Below the pieces are notes generated by a model that saw only the letters and a program-made list of their open reading frames with translations, was not told the origin of the DNA and did not search any database. DNA of 63,997 bases, filler included, from Asterionella formosa (Eukaryota), in the NCBI GenBank assembly GCA_002256025.1. It is 6 parts of 6 records of this genome, joined end to end, with 100 filler letters (N's around TTAATTAATTAA, not from the genome) between each part and the next. Parts side by side here need not be neighbours in the genome. Positions count along the whole stretch, not along the records: positions 32,456 to 43,169 come from NKIB01009231.1; positions 43,270 to 53,973 come from NKIB01009232.1; 4 more parts are not named here. One strand, written 5' to 3'. The position numbers and the translations under genes are program-made. Numbering within the stretch: position 1 is the stretch's first letter; every line of letters starts with the position of its first letter. Of the stretch, positions 38,732-50,367 are shown piece by piece.

Positions 38732-39655
38732 TTATTTCCATGGTGCCTCTTGTAGAGAAACATACTTTTCCTTCCTTCCCCAAAGTAGTTCATGTAGCAA
38801 AACGATAATTACATGCAAAAGTAACAACAATGGCCTGAGAATGTACAATCCCACCAACTCCCCATACTTGTCTGATATAGCCTTCAATAGTACCCACAAC
38901 GGTCTCATGATATTGATGATTCTCATCACAGATGATGATAATGATATGTGTGACATGTAGTCTCGTTGATACCTTTTCCCTTCCCATTCTAATGCCGATG
39001 CATAGGTCGCCCCCAATAAATTATGATCACGTATTGGATCGCCAATACGTGGTAATAAAAAACAAAATTCTTCATTTTCTCCAACAAATCCAGATCTCAG
39101 CGCTTGTGCTGCAGAGGGGACTAACAATAGCAATGGATCATTGACAGAATAGTAATTGATACATCGACAAAAGGGTGTCATGGGTGTTTTACGAATGGCA
39201 GCCGCACCACCAAACGTCAATACTTCAATTCGAGACATTTGTAGTGGAGTTAGTTGTTGCGAGGCCAAATGCGTGAGGAGAGCACCCTGTGAATGAGCAA
39301 TGTGTATGACTTTTCCCATTGGCCCCACGGCAGCAACCGCCTCTTGCAAAAAGGTTACTAGAGCATTGACTTCGTCGGTGATGCGACCCAATTTTTGCGT
39401 CCCGGCTTGTGTAAGGTCACCAATGTACCCCAAGTAGTCTTCGTCGGAACTCATGGCAGTTGGGTTGTGACAGTAAAGGACTGGAGTTCCTCCAAAGTAA
39501 TGGCTAATGAAGGCTCGGCCCAACTCCATATGTTCCAGATTGTGAGCGATACCATTGACCCATGTAAGGCGCGTCTTCCGGGCGGCGAGAGTGTGAGGAA
39601 GAAACAATATACAAAGGATCGATAGCAGTAGTAGTAATGATGCTGAGGACAGCAT
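38732..39655 (-). CDS. Signal-peptide alpha/beta-hydrolase-like protein with a hydrophobic C-terminus
   Basis: Signal peptide MLSSASLLLLLSILCILFLPHTLA; WVNGI; IAHSQGA nucleophile elbow; TFGGA; NYYSVNDPL; IRDH. Confidence 0.75.
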   Translation of the reverse strand: MLSSASLLLLLSILCILFLPHTLAARKTRLTWVNGIAHNLEHMELGRAFISHYFGGTPVLYCHNPTAMSSDEDYLGYIGDLTQAGTQKLGRITDEVNALVTFLQEAVAAVGPMGKVIHIAHSQGALLTHLASQQLTPLQMSRIEVLTFGGAAAIRKTPMTPFCRCINYYSVNDPLLLLVPSAAQALRSGFVGENEEFCFLLPRIGDPIRDHNLLGATYASALEWEGKRYQRDYMSHISLSSSVMRIINIMRPLWVLLKAISDKYGELVGLYILRPLLLLLHVIIVLLHELLWGRKEKYVSLQEAPWK

Positions 39656-40216
39656 GTGACAATAATTATTAATTGGATGAATTATGTGTAGAGTATTGGT
39701 GATTGAAGGAAGAGTATTACTGGGTATTTGCATCGAACACTTTTCTGCCAGAGTTATCAATCAGCCTTACATACCGGTATATGAAGTGATTAACGGTACT
39801 ACCCGTATTATATTAAATACCACGATCGTCGGCATCTTGTCCATTATTTGTATTCATAGTCCACTTGGTATTTTATTATGAAAAAGATCATAGCTCCTGA
39901 ATTATTGGTCATCATCCAAAAGCTGAACATTGCTTGCCGCGCTAGTGATGGTAGTGTGAGCAAAATGACCGCTACCTGGTACTCCGTTGCTAGGTGGAGT
40001 ACCAGGTATGGTACCTTGTACCATACAAATGCCGGTTGTAACGCTGGTAACGGAGATAATAACCGTTCAAATTCAAATGGTACCGGTACCGGGATATACC
40101 GGTAATATCTACAAACAAAGTGCACATCTGACCTGCCATCATTGCCGATCACATCAAACATCAAACCATTGTCTTTCTTATTTTCTGATAAAATATATAA
40201 TAATAGATTATACGAC

Positions 40217-40966
40217 ATGTCTCTCCTTCCCCCCTCGTCGTCCTTGTCGTTTGAGTTGTCATCCGCCGACAACCACCACAACGACATGATGAACAAACGT
40301 TCTCATACGGCAACTACTTCATCTCATTGGCAAGAACTGTTTCAAACACTTCAACACGAACGAGTGACACAAGCGGAAGCAAATTTGGAATCATTTTGTC
40401 AAGAATCTCAAAAACGAGAAAATGCACTCAAGGCATACATTTCGCATTTGGAACAAGAAGTGAGAGAGGCGAAAAAGAGAAAGCTTTGTGATGAGCAAGA
40501 CTTGGAAAACAAGTTACTGGCAAATCAACAGCAGCAGCAGCAAGAGAAACAAATATTGGAAACCAAACTGGACGAAACGAATCGAGAATTAGAATTACAA
40601 AGACTCGCCTTTCAGAAATTAGAACAGAAGGAAATTGATGCAAAAGAACGAATTCAACTGCTGACCAATCAACAGAAGGAGCAAGAAACTGTCTTGAACT
40701 ATTACAAGACCTTGACCGGAACGACCATTAATATAACGCAACACAACGACACCAATGCCATGGAATTACAAATGACCAACTGTGAAAAGAACACGACCAT
40801 CAAATTCAAACTCACCGAGCTAGACAATGCAACAGATTTCAATTATGAACCCATAGACAATGTCAAAGGAGTGATACCTAAGTTTCTTCATCAAGCCATA
40901 GAATTCCCTAAATCAGATGGACCATCGTTTTTGAAACTTTTGCTTCAGGGTGTCTTTCCAGAATAA
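40217..40966 (+). CDS. Coiled-coil protein with a Csm1/Pcs1 (monopolin; plant TITAN9-like) C-terminal domain
   Basis: Long coiled coil, then YYKTLTG...IKFKL...FNYEP...IPKFLHQAIEFPKSDGPSFLKLL. Confidence 0.6.
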   Translation: MSLLPPSSSLSFELSSADNHHNDMMNKRSHTATTSSHWQELFQTLQHERVTQAEANLESFCQESQKRENALKAYISHLEQEVREAKKRKLCDEQDLENKLLANQQQQQQEKQILETKLDETNRELELQRLAFQKLEQKEIDAKERIQLLTNQQKEQETVLNYYKTLTGTTINITQHNDTNAMELQMTNCEKNTTIKFKLTELDNATDFNYEPIDNVKGVIPKFLHQAIEFPKSDGPSFLKLLLQGVFPE

Positions 40967-41143
40967 TGAAATATCTATTGAATCATGCACTATAACTATT
41001 CATGTGTCGACTATAAATGTATCCAGTATTGGGGCCATCTGCTTTCTTAAACTACACCTACATAATCAATTTGAAAATTTTTCTCTTGTATTTGCAACAC
41101 GATCGTCCCGGCTACAGCTACTGCTATAGAGTACATGAAACTA

Positions 41144-43168
41144 TCACAATTTCAACTTGAGATTCTCCATTTCCAACGACACAGCCCGATCAGCGCATCG
41201 CAATGATAAGACTGCTGCTTCCATTCCAAACTCTACTGCCTCCTTTTCACTCTTACCATTTATCAGTGCATGAACAAAAGCACCACACAACGAGTCACCA
41301 GCTCCAGTGGAATTGACTACCACCACTCCCTCCTTTGCTGGAATATGATCCCATGTGATTTCTGGATTATTCATTGTCTTGCATCCCAACAACACACCAT
41401 CACTCCCCAGCGTAACGATCAAACATGCATTCGCGTTTGGTGCCATGGCATTCAATACTATTGTTGCTGCTTCTTCAACTGATGGAACGAAATCACTTTT
41501 CAATGTCGACATCAATTCCATGGCCATGCGAATACATTCATCACGATTTGGAAATGCATACTGAATATGAGAAATCCATTCCATGACAACGGTAGCTTTG
41601 GGAACTGACGTTGGTTCAAAACAAATAGCCGTATGAGTCACAAAGGCATGTTGTATTGCTTGTTCCAACGATTCACGCGAGGCGTTGCCATCTAGTATTA
41701 TATGAGAAGCATGTTGCAGTTGTGAAATGGTCGGAGCTGGAATATATGACAATATATCCATATCTGCAACTGCTGTGTGCAAATCCCCAGTATCGTTCAA
41801 AATGGACAAATATGTAGCAGTCCGTTGTCCTTGAATGACTCGTGTCCCCTCTCCATTTTGTTGTAGCAATCTTTGACCTCGATCATCATCACCTACGGCA
41901 GTCAAAAAGAGAACAGGTGTTCCTAATCGTGTCAATGTTTCGGCAATGTTTCGTCCCACCCCACCATTTGTTTCTACCATGGTTCCTGGATTGGAAGTGT
42001 GCAATTGCAACAACTCCTTTGGCTTTGCAATCATATCAATCACAGCACCACCCATCACGACAACTCTTGGTGATAATGTGGATGGAATATGATGGAATAT
42101 AGGTTGTTGATTTTCTTGATTGGCAATGGCAATGGCAATATCAGCCCCAACCTTGGCATTGTTCATAACCAGGGCAACATTAGCAGCTAGGGAGTCTCCT
42201 TTGGTTTGTTCGGCGACACGTTTTAAAAGAAAGGGTGTCAAATCCCGTCCAGAGATTTCCAACTGCTCACTTTCTATCAATGCGGCTTGAATAGCCGATT
42301 CAATATCTACCCCATGCTGAATGTTGGTAACAGGAGGAGGGACTGCTATTAGCATACCATGCTGGAGTTGCAATTGTCGTGCCGAATGATAGTAGTTTGC
42401 AATATCTGTGGCGTTGTCGACTCGAGCGGGCGAGTCAATTCCTGAGGCAGCATGAAAGAATGCTGGAAATTCGTTACTTCGAAACGTCAAGACTGGAACT
42501 CCCAAGGTTTCTAATACTTCCAATGTTTTTCGAATATCTAAAATTGATTTAATCCCTGCCGATACCACCACAATAGGAGTACGTGAAAGTTCTGTCAAGT
42601 CGGTTGAAATGTCCATGGTAAGTTCCGCCTTGCGATGGACACCCCCAATCCCACCCGTCACAAAGGTAGCAATAGCACCACTCGCAGCAGCATGTGCCAA
42701 TACCATGGTCGATGCAACAGTCGTTGCACCCCATGATGGCTGTGATTGTGACGAATGGTGTTGTCCCAAAAGTATCGAAAGATCCCTAGTCGAACACTTC
42801 ATGGCCGCTGTTGCGCCTGTCTTGGCTAAATCTTGCAATTCGTCTGGAGACAAACCAATTTTAGGTCGTCCCTGATGTATGGCAATCGTCGCTGGAGTAA
42901 CTCCCACATTGCGAACCAATGTTTCCACATTTGTCGCTACTTGGAAATTGGTAGGAAAAGGCATCCCATGAGCGACAATCGTACTTTCGAATGCAACTAT
43001 TGGTTCCTTATTAGCAATAGCGGATCTTACTTCGTCAGAGTAAAGAAACAAATGAGAAGAAGATAACGAGCGCCTTGATACGTTGTTGTTGCAACGACCA
43101 CTTATAATGGGAATCTTGTTGCAAATGTTTGTTCGACTTGTCCACAGTTTCAATCGACTCATCCGCAT
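41144..43168 (-). CDS. Bifunctional pseudouridine-5'-phosphate glycosidase / pseudouridine kinase (PsuG/IndA + PfkB fusion)
   Basis: VAFESTIVAHGMPFP, ATTVASTM, FVTGGIGGVHR, DISTDLTEL, TPFLL; PfkB signatures GGVGRNIA and NSTGAGDS. Arg/Ser-rich N-terminus resembles a mitochondrial transit peptide. Confidence 0.95.
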   Translation of the reverse strand: MRMSRLKLWTSRTNICNKIPIISGRCNNNVSRRSLSSSHLFLYSDEVRSAIANKEPIVAFESTIVAHGMPFPTNFQVATNVETLVRNVGVTPATIAIHQGRPKIGLSPDELQDLAKTGATAAMKCSTRDLSILLGQHHSSQSQPSWGATTVASTMVLAHAAASGAIATFVTGGIGGVHRKAELTMDISTDLTELSRTPIVVVSAGIKSILDIRKTLEVLETLGVPVLTFRSNEFPAFFHAASGIDSPARVDNATDIANYYHSARQLQLQHGMLIAVPPPVTNIQHGVDIESAIQAALIESEQLEISGRDLTPFLLKRVAEQTKGDSLAANVALVMNNAKVGADIAIAIANQENQQPIFHHIPSTLSPRVVVMGGAVIDMIAKPKELLQLHTSNPGTMVETNGGVGRNIAETLTRLGTPVLFLTAVGDDDRGQRLLQQNGEGTRVIQGQRTATYLSILNDTGDLHTAVADMDILSYIPAPTISQLQHASHIILDGNASRESLEQAIQHAFVTHTAICFEPTSVPKATVVMEWISHIQYAFPNRDECIRMAMELMSTLKSDFVPSVEEAATIVLNAMAPNANACLIVTLGSDGVLLGCKTMNNPEITWDHIPAKEGVVVVNSTGAGDSLCGAFVHALINGKSEKEAVEFGMEAAVLSLRCADRAVSLEMENLKLKL

Positions 43169-43169
43169 C

Positions 43170-43269
43170 NNNNNNNNNNNNNNNNNNNNNNNNNNNNNNN
43201 NNNNNNNNNNNNNTTAATTAATTAANNNNNNNNNNNNNNNNNNNNNNNNNNNNNNNNNNNNNNNNNNNN
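43170..43269. other. Artificial scaffold spacer
   Basis: Same pattern. Confidence 0.98.
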
Positions 43270-43611
43270 GGTACAAATTTGGTTTTTTCTATGTGGAGAA
43301 TGAATATTTTCAGTTTAAATCAACTAGCTGTTGCATGATACCTTTTCAAATATTATGATACCCTATCCAAAATGATAATAATGCCCCCTAAGCCATTTTT
43401 CAATGGATATTTAGTTTAGAAATAGCTTCCAACAACCTAACCCATGAATAAACAGCAGACTTATAGCTTCAAAGAATATATTTTACTGCAAAACAGCGGC
43501 CTGAAATAAGAGTTGTGCACATGCAAAAGCATGGGCTCAGCTGCAGAGTTACATTTCGAGTTGAGCCGGAGGGTATGTGTTGCAATCGTACCACATTCAT
43601 GATCACCTAAA

Positions 43612-45279
43612 TTAGGCCTCCCGTTGAGCCCTTCCACTTCGTGATTCAGAGGGTGGCTGAATTTCATCGTCATGTACCAAACCCTCATGTTTGTATCGTA
43701 AAAGTTGGCTATTGACTCCTTCTAGACCCCCACTGTGGACATACATAATTTCACGTCCAGCGATGGGGTCGCTTTCATCAAAAGCTGTTGTTGGCGACGA
43801 AGACGATCTCCAATGACGCAAAAGCACAGCCCAAGCCGGGCAGCCATAAAGAAGATCCAAGACAACACCGCAATCGTTGCTCATCTCAGAGAATGTTTCC
43901 AATAAGGCTGCATCAGGTTTCCCAAACGAAAAATATTTCAATTCTGTTGAGGCTTGTCCAAAGTATGATGAGCCCAACGCGGATGGATTTAAAACTGTGG
44001 GTATCTCCGAGCTGAGACCAATCCCTCTGTTCTCAATGCTGAGGGCCATCATCTGCCTTCTCGCATATGCATCATCCCCAACACATGGAATGACGATAAC
44101 TTGGATATCCATCGCAACCAACATTTGATCCAATAAATTGTGTATCTCTTGATGTAATATCAATGCGGTTGTACATGTACCACCAGGTACACAAACGGAA
44201 AGAGGTCTTCCTTGACCTTGCGCCTGCCAAAAGTAAACGATTTCTGATGCAAGCATTCTACCACCAGAAACGGCTACTTGACATGCACCTCCTTGAGGTA
44301 TCCAGAGCGATCTACCCGGAATCGGGGGGTCAAGACCAGGAGGCGCTTCAGGTTTACCACCGGATTCACCGCCAAAGTGTGCCATATAATCTTTGTTTGA
44401 CAATTCGACGAGTTCCATACCAAGAAGCTTTGCACGGAACAAATTCCCATTGGGGTTGGCTCGCAGAAATCGAGGGAGCTTTTTGGTGTAGTAAACAAAG
44501 CGTTTTAGTTGTGTCACTTTATTAGCGCCTTGATCGGTGTCCACTGTTCCATTCTGGGCTTCGTGTTTGCGGGAGAATTCGGAGGCTGTCAGGAAGTTCT
44601 CAATGGTAATCGCTTCTCCAGCTTGGATTGATTCCACGGTCTCGCCTTTCAACTCAACGTTTTTGCTATGTACTATGGCTGCAAGCGCAACCATAGCATT
44701 GGATTGTGGACCACCGTGGCTCACAACACAATCTGGAAAGTCTTGAGCGGGGATTTGATTAAGGCCAAGCAATTTACGGGCCTTGTTTCCACTAACATTG
44801 CTCCCTTTAAGTCTTAGCAAGTCATCACGTTTCAAATATACAAGTCGATTTCTCACGAAGACTGTCTCTATCGGGGAAGGTTTGTCAGGAAACGAAATGG
44901 GAATAAGATCTTCTTTGTTCGCCACTTTGAAAATGTGGTTTGAGTAATTAACACCCTCAACATAAATTGAGTCAAAGTCTACTTTGGCCCAGCCTCGATC
45001 TTGTGAGAGTTGTGTAACTCCTGGTGAGGTAGATAAGTCAAAGAGAAGATTATCCACATTGGCGATGAGGTCGTCCAGTGACTCTGATGCTTTGCCCATT
45101 CGTTCGCGAGAGCCCAGAATATGACTGCCGTGCCAGCATGACGACGACTTTATCCCATTTTTCATTCGACGCAAACGCATCGTTCTTAATGCACCGGCGC
45201 TCATTGTATGTATGATCAGAAGTATCCCTCGTACTGTCATCAATGGCTCTGTTCGTTTTGAACGTTTCTTGACTTGCAT
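43612..45279 (-). CDS. PLP-dependent D-cysteine desulfhydrase / ACC-deaminase-like protein
   Basis: YLKRDDL, SGNKARKL (PLP lysine), SHGGPQSNAM, IPQGG, VPGGTCTTA, LDLLYG, YVHSGG. True start uncertain. Confidence 0.9.
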   Translation of the reverse strand: MQVKKRSKRTEPLMTVRGILLIIHTMSAGALRTMRLRRMKNGIKSSSCWHGSHILGSRERMGKASESLDDLIANVDNLLFDLSTSPGVTQLSQDRGWAKVDFDSIYVEGVNYSNHIFKVANKEDLIPISFPDKPSPIETVFVRNRLVYLKRDDLLRLKGSNVSGNKARKLLGLNQIPAQDFPDCVVSHGGPQSNAMVALAAIVHSKNVELKGETVESIQAGEAITIENFLTASEFSRKHEAQNGTVDTDQGANKVTQLKRFVYYTKKLPRFLRANPNGNLFRAKLLGMELVELSNKDYMAHFGGESGGKPEAPPGLDPPIPGRSLWIPQGGACQVAVSGGRMLASEIVYFWQAQGQGRPLSVCVPGGTCTTALILHQEIHNLLDQMLVAMDIQVIVIPCVGDDAYARRQMMALSIENRGIGLSSEIPTVLNPSALGSSYFGQASTELKYFSFGKPDAALLETFSEMSNDCGVVLDLLYGCPAWAVLLRHWRSSSSPTTAFDESDPIAGREIMYVHSGGLEGVNSQLLRYKHEGLVHDDEIQPPSESRSGRAQREA

Positions 45280-47461
45280 TTGAACTTAGTCAGTCAGAGC
45301 CAGAAGTATTCGTCATAGGAAAGAAACAAACAAACAAAGGAGGAACTAACTGAAGGCAAAGGAATGGCCTTTTATCCGTTCTGAATGGCGAGACTGTCGA
45401 TATAATCTACCACATCAACAATTACAAATTGATATGGAAAACTGTCTCGTCGCTCAGTAGCCAGTCTTTTACGGCTACCGAAATGTTAAGGTTGACGCAA
45501 ACGGGAACCTACTGGACCCAATTCTCGTATTCTTTCGAGAATTGCTTCACATCCTACCCTCCAGGTAAAATACACGCACTGTAGAAAAAGTTTGTAAAAG
45601 CCGGGATGTTTTAGCCCTTTTTCCTATGAAGGTAAAACTTCCTCTTCGAGTTTCACCGAAATTTTAGTGGTGTCTCTCAACAAATGCCTACCGGTACTGG
45701 TGTAGTCCTTTATGTGACTCCTTGCTTATTTTGGAAAAATCGGCCTTTGAGATTACCCCACATGAATGGAAAGAATTAGTACTGGTTTATCTATTTGTTT
45801 TTTATAATCATTATAATTTCAACATGGCTATTATGCCGACATTGTGTTTCTTGATAATCCTTGAGTGATATCAACAATGTGTCCAGCCTTGCTTGGAAAC
45901 AACATTGGTTGTCATGGCAACTAGCCACCAACCACCTTGCTAGCTGCATTGTGCAATGAGCTTGTATCCTAGTTCTTTTCCAGTTCAGAGATGAGCACAA
46001 CTCAGAACAAGCAAGCCCATGCAAAATCTTCGATTGTCATGTTCAGGAAATTTCATTCCCTCCTCACAGTCCTGAAGATTAAAATAATACTTAAATCCAT
46101 ATGTCAAAAGACCCAACACAGTATATGAAATCATGTTTTATATTTTCAATCGTCTTCAATCTTTGTATTTTGGGCACCAGCCATACTAAGCTTTGGCCTT
46201 TTTGAATAAGTGATATTACAGGAATTATTTTATGATTGTATTGTCTGTCTTGCTTGATATATGTAGCAAATAGGAAGAAAGCATCGTTCTAAATTTTCAT
46301 GGAGGTATTCACTAATTTTGTCATGGTCAGCAAGGCTGAAATGACATGATGCAGGATTCTTCCAAGCCAAGCACAAGTCATTGCTTCTCTGCAAATCCGA
46401 GTCGGTTTCAGTGAGGACTGCACCATCTGCAAATCGCCATTGGTCAATAATAGTATCCTAAATTACTTGAAGAAATATTTGAAATCGAAAGCTGGCCTAT
46501 CTCACCTGGCAGACGACATAAAATGAATCATTGGGAGTGAGTTGAAACTGAAAAGGTGCATTACCAGACCTTGCTGGCACTTCAATAAGTACCAGGTGGT
46601 ACCATCAGGATAAGAGAAAAGGAAGAGAATTGAAACCGTTAAAGTGAGTTGTACTGATACTCCCCAACATGGACAAAAATAGTTGTGGCAATTCTTAACA
46701 TTTCTCCAGAGTCATTTTGACACGTACAATATTCTCCCGCTTTCGCGTTGCGCCTAGCTACAGATTCATTTATAACATATATGTAGTTTATTTAAAATTG
46801 GCAAATACATTTCAGCAAGGTTTTGGAGCTTTCGATTTTCACTTTTGGCCATCTTGAGCAAAATGCAGATACATAAAGGACCCATTTTTCTTCAAACCAT
46901 TTATTCTCAACATATATACAAAGTAGGATATAACAGTACTAGAACAAGCAAAGGTAACTAGCATTCAATTATGGAATGCGCAACCATGGCGAATAGTTTA
47001 GTATCTGGTGGCATGGTCCATGTAAATGTAACAACCATAGAATGTATATGGAATGACTGTGATTCTAGTAATATAGTACTAATGATAGTATCATGCTTTA
47101 TTCAGTTTCCCACAAATGTTCGAATGGCTGGCTCATTCAAAATGGCTTTTGGTGATAGGTACATGTACCGAATGAAATTATGTATGTTAGATGCATATAA
47201 TTTAACAAGTGATTGAGAGTTTATACTATGTGTTTGGAACACATGATATAAATGCATTTTTTGAGAAATCCGATCCTCACATAGAAAAATGGTGCATGTT
47301 TTCTAGGTAATCCGTCCTATAATTAAGCTGATCGGTATTTGAGTCCCTGCAAATCGCAGTAACCATTTCCGCCCTGATGTGGTAGAGTACCAGGTACCTG
47401 GTACCAGGTACATTACCGGTTCAGGTACGGTAATAATACCGGTATTTTGATTGAACCCATC

Positions 47462-47727
47462 NNNNNNNNNNNNNNNNNNNNNNNNNNNNNNNNNNNNNNN
47501 NNNNNNNNNNNNNNNNNNNNNNNNNNNNNNNNNNNNNNNNNNNNNNNNNNNNNNNNNNNNNNNNNNNNNNNNNNNNNNNNNNNNNNNNNNNNNNNNNNNN
47601 NNNNNNNNNNNNNNNNNNNNNNNNNNNNNNNNNNNNNNNNNNNNNNNNNNNNNNNNNNNNNNNNNNNNNNNNNNNNNNNNNNNNNNNNNNNNNNNNNNNN
47701 NNNNNNNNNNNNNNNNNNNNNNNNNNN
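47462..47727. other. Intra-scaffold assembly gap (266 N)
   Basis: N run without the TTAATTAATTAA core. Confidence 0.97.
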
Positions 47728-47769
47728 CATAAGTTTCAGCAATTCGATCTTTGCTCCCTCACTGAATTC

Positions 47770-50367
47770 ATGGAACGTCAACAAACATACGAAATGTTGG
47801 GAGCCCCCGTGGTACTATATAGGCACAAACCATCACATCTATTGGGTTACCATGGGAAAGGTGCATCTTACAGAGAAAAATTCCGAAACGTAGAGGGCTG
47901 GAAAGAACGTATGAATGCCGCGGCTCGAGTTCGTTCCCGGTGGTATTATGAGCTGGATCAAGAGTCGCGGAAGGAATTGGAAACGAAGAAAAGAAAATAC
48001 TCGCGGCAGGAAAAGAAACGAACTTGCGAACGAACACAAGCCACTTCGCCACAAGCCGAGGACAGCAAGGAGAATGGAGCCTCTGACGCAAGCAACGATG
48101 AAAGAGGTCCTGACGACACCTTTTGGGACAACAGTGAGTTTCTTGACAGTCGAATACGTCCAATATTGCTCCAATCGCGGCAGGAGTTGCTTGCTTCGGA
48201 TCCTGACATTCAGATGTTTCTTAAGCGCTACAAACTATTGGATCACTCATACGTTCCTGGACAAGAGTCTTGCGCGCGGAAATCATTCATGAAAGGATCT
48301 TTTCATGTGGATCGTTGGAATGCTAGCAGAGATTTCTGCATGGAACGGCGCAAAGCAGACCTTTCCTACTTGGCTCCTTTCAATACCGCCGCCCTGGTAG
48401 AATGCAGTGAACTTGCGCCTGACAACGAAATAATCTCAACAGAAAAAGGAATGGAATATTCTCGTTCGTTAGACGAATCAAGTCCACAAGTGTTCGGTAA
48501 TTGTTTGGTTTGCCTGCCCTGTCACTGTTGTGAAGGTAGCTGGTTTCTCATTCATCGTTCTGGAAATAATTTGTCCAAAGTATGTGTCTCAAAGCTGAAC
48601 ATCCCGCAGAGCCTGTGCGCAACCCCCAAGTCTGGTGTTGAGACATCTTCAGTTGATGTTGGAAACAGGATCCTCCAAATTTCTGAATGTGGACCACGAT
48701 ATGTTGTGGTTAGGACAGCATCGTCAGTTTCTTTGTTTCTGCTTGTTTTCAATAAATCAGAACATGGAGAGAATCGAAGCTGCGCATGTGTCTCATTATT
48801 GAAGTCTGTTTCTGAAATAAACTTGCAATCCTTTCAGTCTCTCACTTCACTTGATATAGCATGTCACCCAAAATACGGAAATGACCTTGTAGGTCCAAAG
48901 CTCGCTGTCCTTTCCCGTTCACTCGAAAGCAATCGTAATTTTATTCATCACGCAATGGGTATCGAAGAACCAACTGAACACTTGATCAGAAACCTGCGCA
49001 ACATTGAGTTGGTGGACTTTTCCTGCTTTAACCCTATGATTCTCTGGTCAGCTGCGACATCTTATGTGCGTCCAGCACTTGTTGAAGATTATTGCACTGC
49101 AAGGTTAGCATTTGGACATGGCAGCTCCTTATTTTCAGTCGATCTTCGTTGCAACAAAGGAACTTTCCAGTGGAGTCCGTCAGAAGCTGAGTTTGTAACA
49201 GAATGCATTCACTCAATCAGTGGCATTCATACTGACTGGCATCGAACCACCACAGTTTGGGTATCTTCAACATCAGCAGGAAAACTATGGGAGATCGACT
49301 CCAGAATGCCTTGTCGGGAAGTTTCAAGCTGGTCGATGCCAGGACTAGTAAAAGATAGCAGCACTGTTATGCCTAAAATGGGACATCATGGAAGTGGAAC
49401 ATTAATGATTCAACCAGCATTGCGGTACTACCAGTGCAATGGTAATGTCAATCCACCTATCTTGTTGATTGACAAAACACCTGGAAGTGTTATTGAAATA
49501 TATCAACAAGCTGAATCTGGACCTCGCTTCCAAACATCAAGTCTTGAGAGCTCAGCTGCACACAGCCTTTCATCCTTTAATGGTGAATTTTCCAGCATTG
49601 CATTCAGCTCAGTTTTCCCGTTGACTGACTCTTCTGAAAATGTGTTTTCCTGTGGTCTGGCATGTTTTCGAACTCGAACGTCTGATTTCCTGACTGACGC
49701 TCAAATGGCTGATCTTGGTCTTTCGAATCACCAAGGCAATGTTCTCTGTACAATCACGACAACTAGCAAAGGCGATATCTTCTCACAATCATTACTAGAA
49801 AGCAGCGTTATGGAAGAGCAAAAAAGAGTTGCCCACCAAATGCTCCCAATTGGGAGTTCCATGTTGGTTGTTCCAAATGTAGAATCAAATGGACAATTGG
49901 GTTATGGGACCTCTGGAAACACCCTTGGGATAACAATCAGCAACAGAGTTGAAGCTGCCATTGACACAGAATTGTCTGTTGTCATGAATCGAAGTGAGTG
50001 TAGACATTTTTCAGCAAGTCGAATGGAGCAGCTATCATCACAATCAGCAAATGAACAACTGTTGGTTGAACCTGACTTGCTTGAAATGATCTTACATCCC
50101 ACAGTCTTCAAAGTTGCAAAGACAAAGGATGCCATTTACGACCTAACAACGGTGAAAGTAGGGTCCAGCTTGATAAGAGAAGCATTAAGTAATCAATCAC
50201 ATGACCTTCCTGGTTTGATATCATCATCATTAGAGGCAAATGACATTGGCCGGTCAGATCTAAGCCATACTCTTTTGAAAACACATGAAAAGAACTGGAA
50301 CAATCCACTATTGGCCACTCATGAAGAAGCCTCAAAATCAGGGGCTCCATCCCCTGTTAGAAAATAA
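47770..50367 (+). CDS. 865-aa protein with a probable beta-propeller; TAF1C/RRN6-like (RNA polymerase I core factor) candidate
   Basis: Long intact ORF with beta-strand-rich blocks and motifs RILQI, VVVRT, FSVDLR, LWEIDSRMP..VSSW. Confidence 0.5.
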   Translation: MERQQTYEMLGAPVVLYRHKPSHLLGYHGKGASYREKFRNVEGWKERMNAAARVRSRWYYELDQESRKELETKKRKYSRQEKKRTCERTQATSPQAEDSKENGASDASNDERGPDDTFWDNSEFLDSRIRPILLQSRQELLASDPDIQMFLKRYKLLDHSYVPGQESCARKSFMKGSFHVDRWNASRDFCMERRKADLSYLAPFNTAALVECSELAPDNEIISTEKGMEYSRSLDESSPQVFGNCLVCLPCHCCEGSWFLIHRSGNNLSKVCVSKLNIPQSLCATPKSGVETSSVDVGNRILQISECGPRYVVVRTASSVSLFLLVFNKSEHGENRSCACVSLLKSVSEINLQSFQSLTSLDIACHPKYGNDLVGPKLAVLSRSLESNRNFIHHAMGIEEPTEHLIRNLRNIELVDFSCFNPMILWSAATSYVRPALVEDYCTARLAFGHGSSLFSVDLRCNKGTFQWSPSEAEFVTECIHSISGIHTDWHRTTTVWVSSTSAGKLWEIDSRMPCREVSSWSMPGLVKDSSTVMPKMGHHGSGTLMIQPALRYYQCNGNVNPPILLIDKTPGSVIEIYQQAESGPRFQTSSLESSAAHSLSSFNGEFSSIAFSSVFPLTDSSENVFSCGLACFRTRTSDFLTDAQMADLGLSNHQGNVLCTITTTSKGDIFSQSLLESSVMEEQKRVAHQMLPIGSSMLVVPNVESNGQLGYGTSGNTLGITISNRVEAAIDTELSVVMNRSECRHFSASRMEQLSSQSANEQLLVEPDLLEMILHPTVFKVAKTKDAIYDLTTVKVGSSLIREALSNQSHDLPGLISSSLEANDIGRSDLSHTLLKTHEKNWNNPLLATHEEASKSGAPSPVRK

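Noticed and set aside
47413..47893. ORFs spanning the N gap
   Set aside because: Artefacts of translating through Ns.
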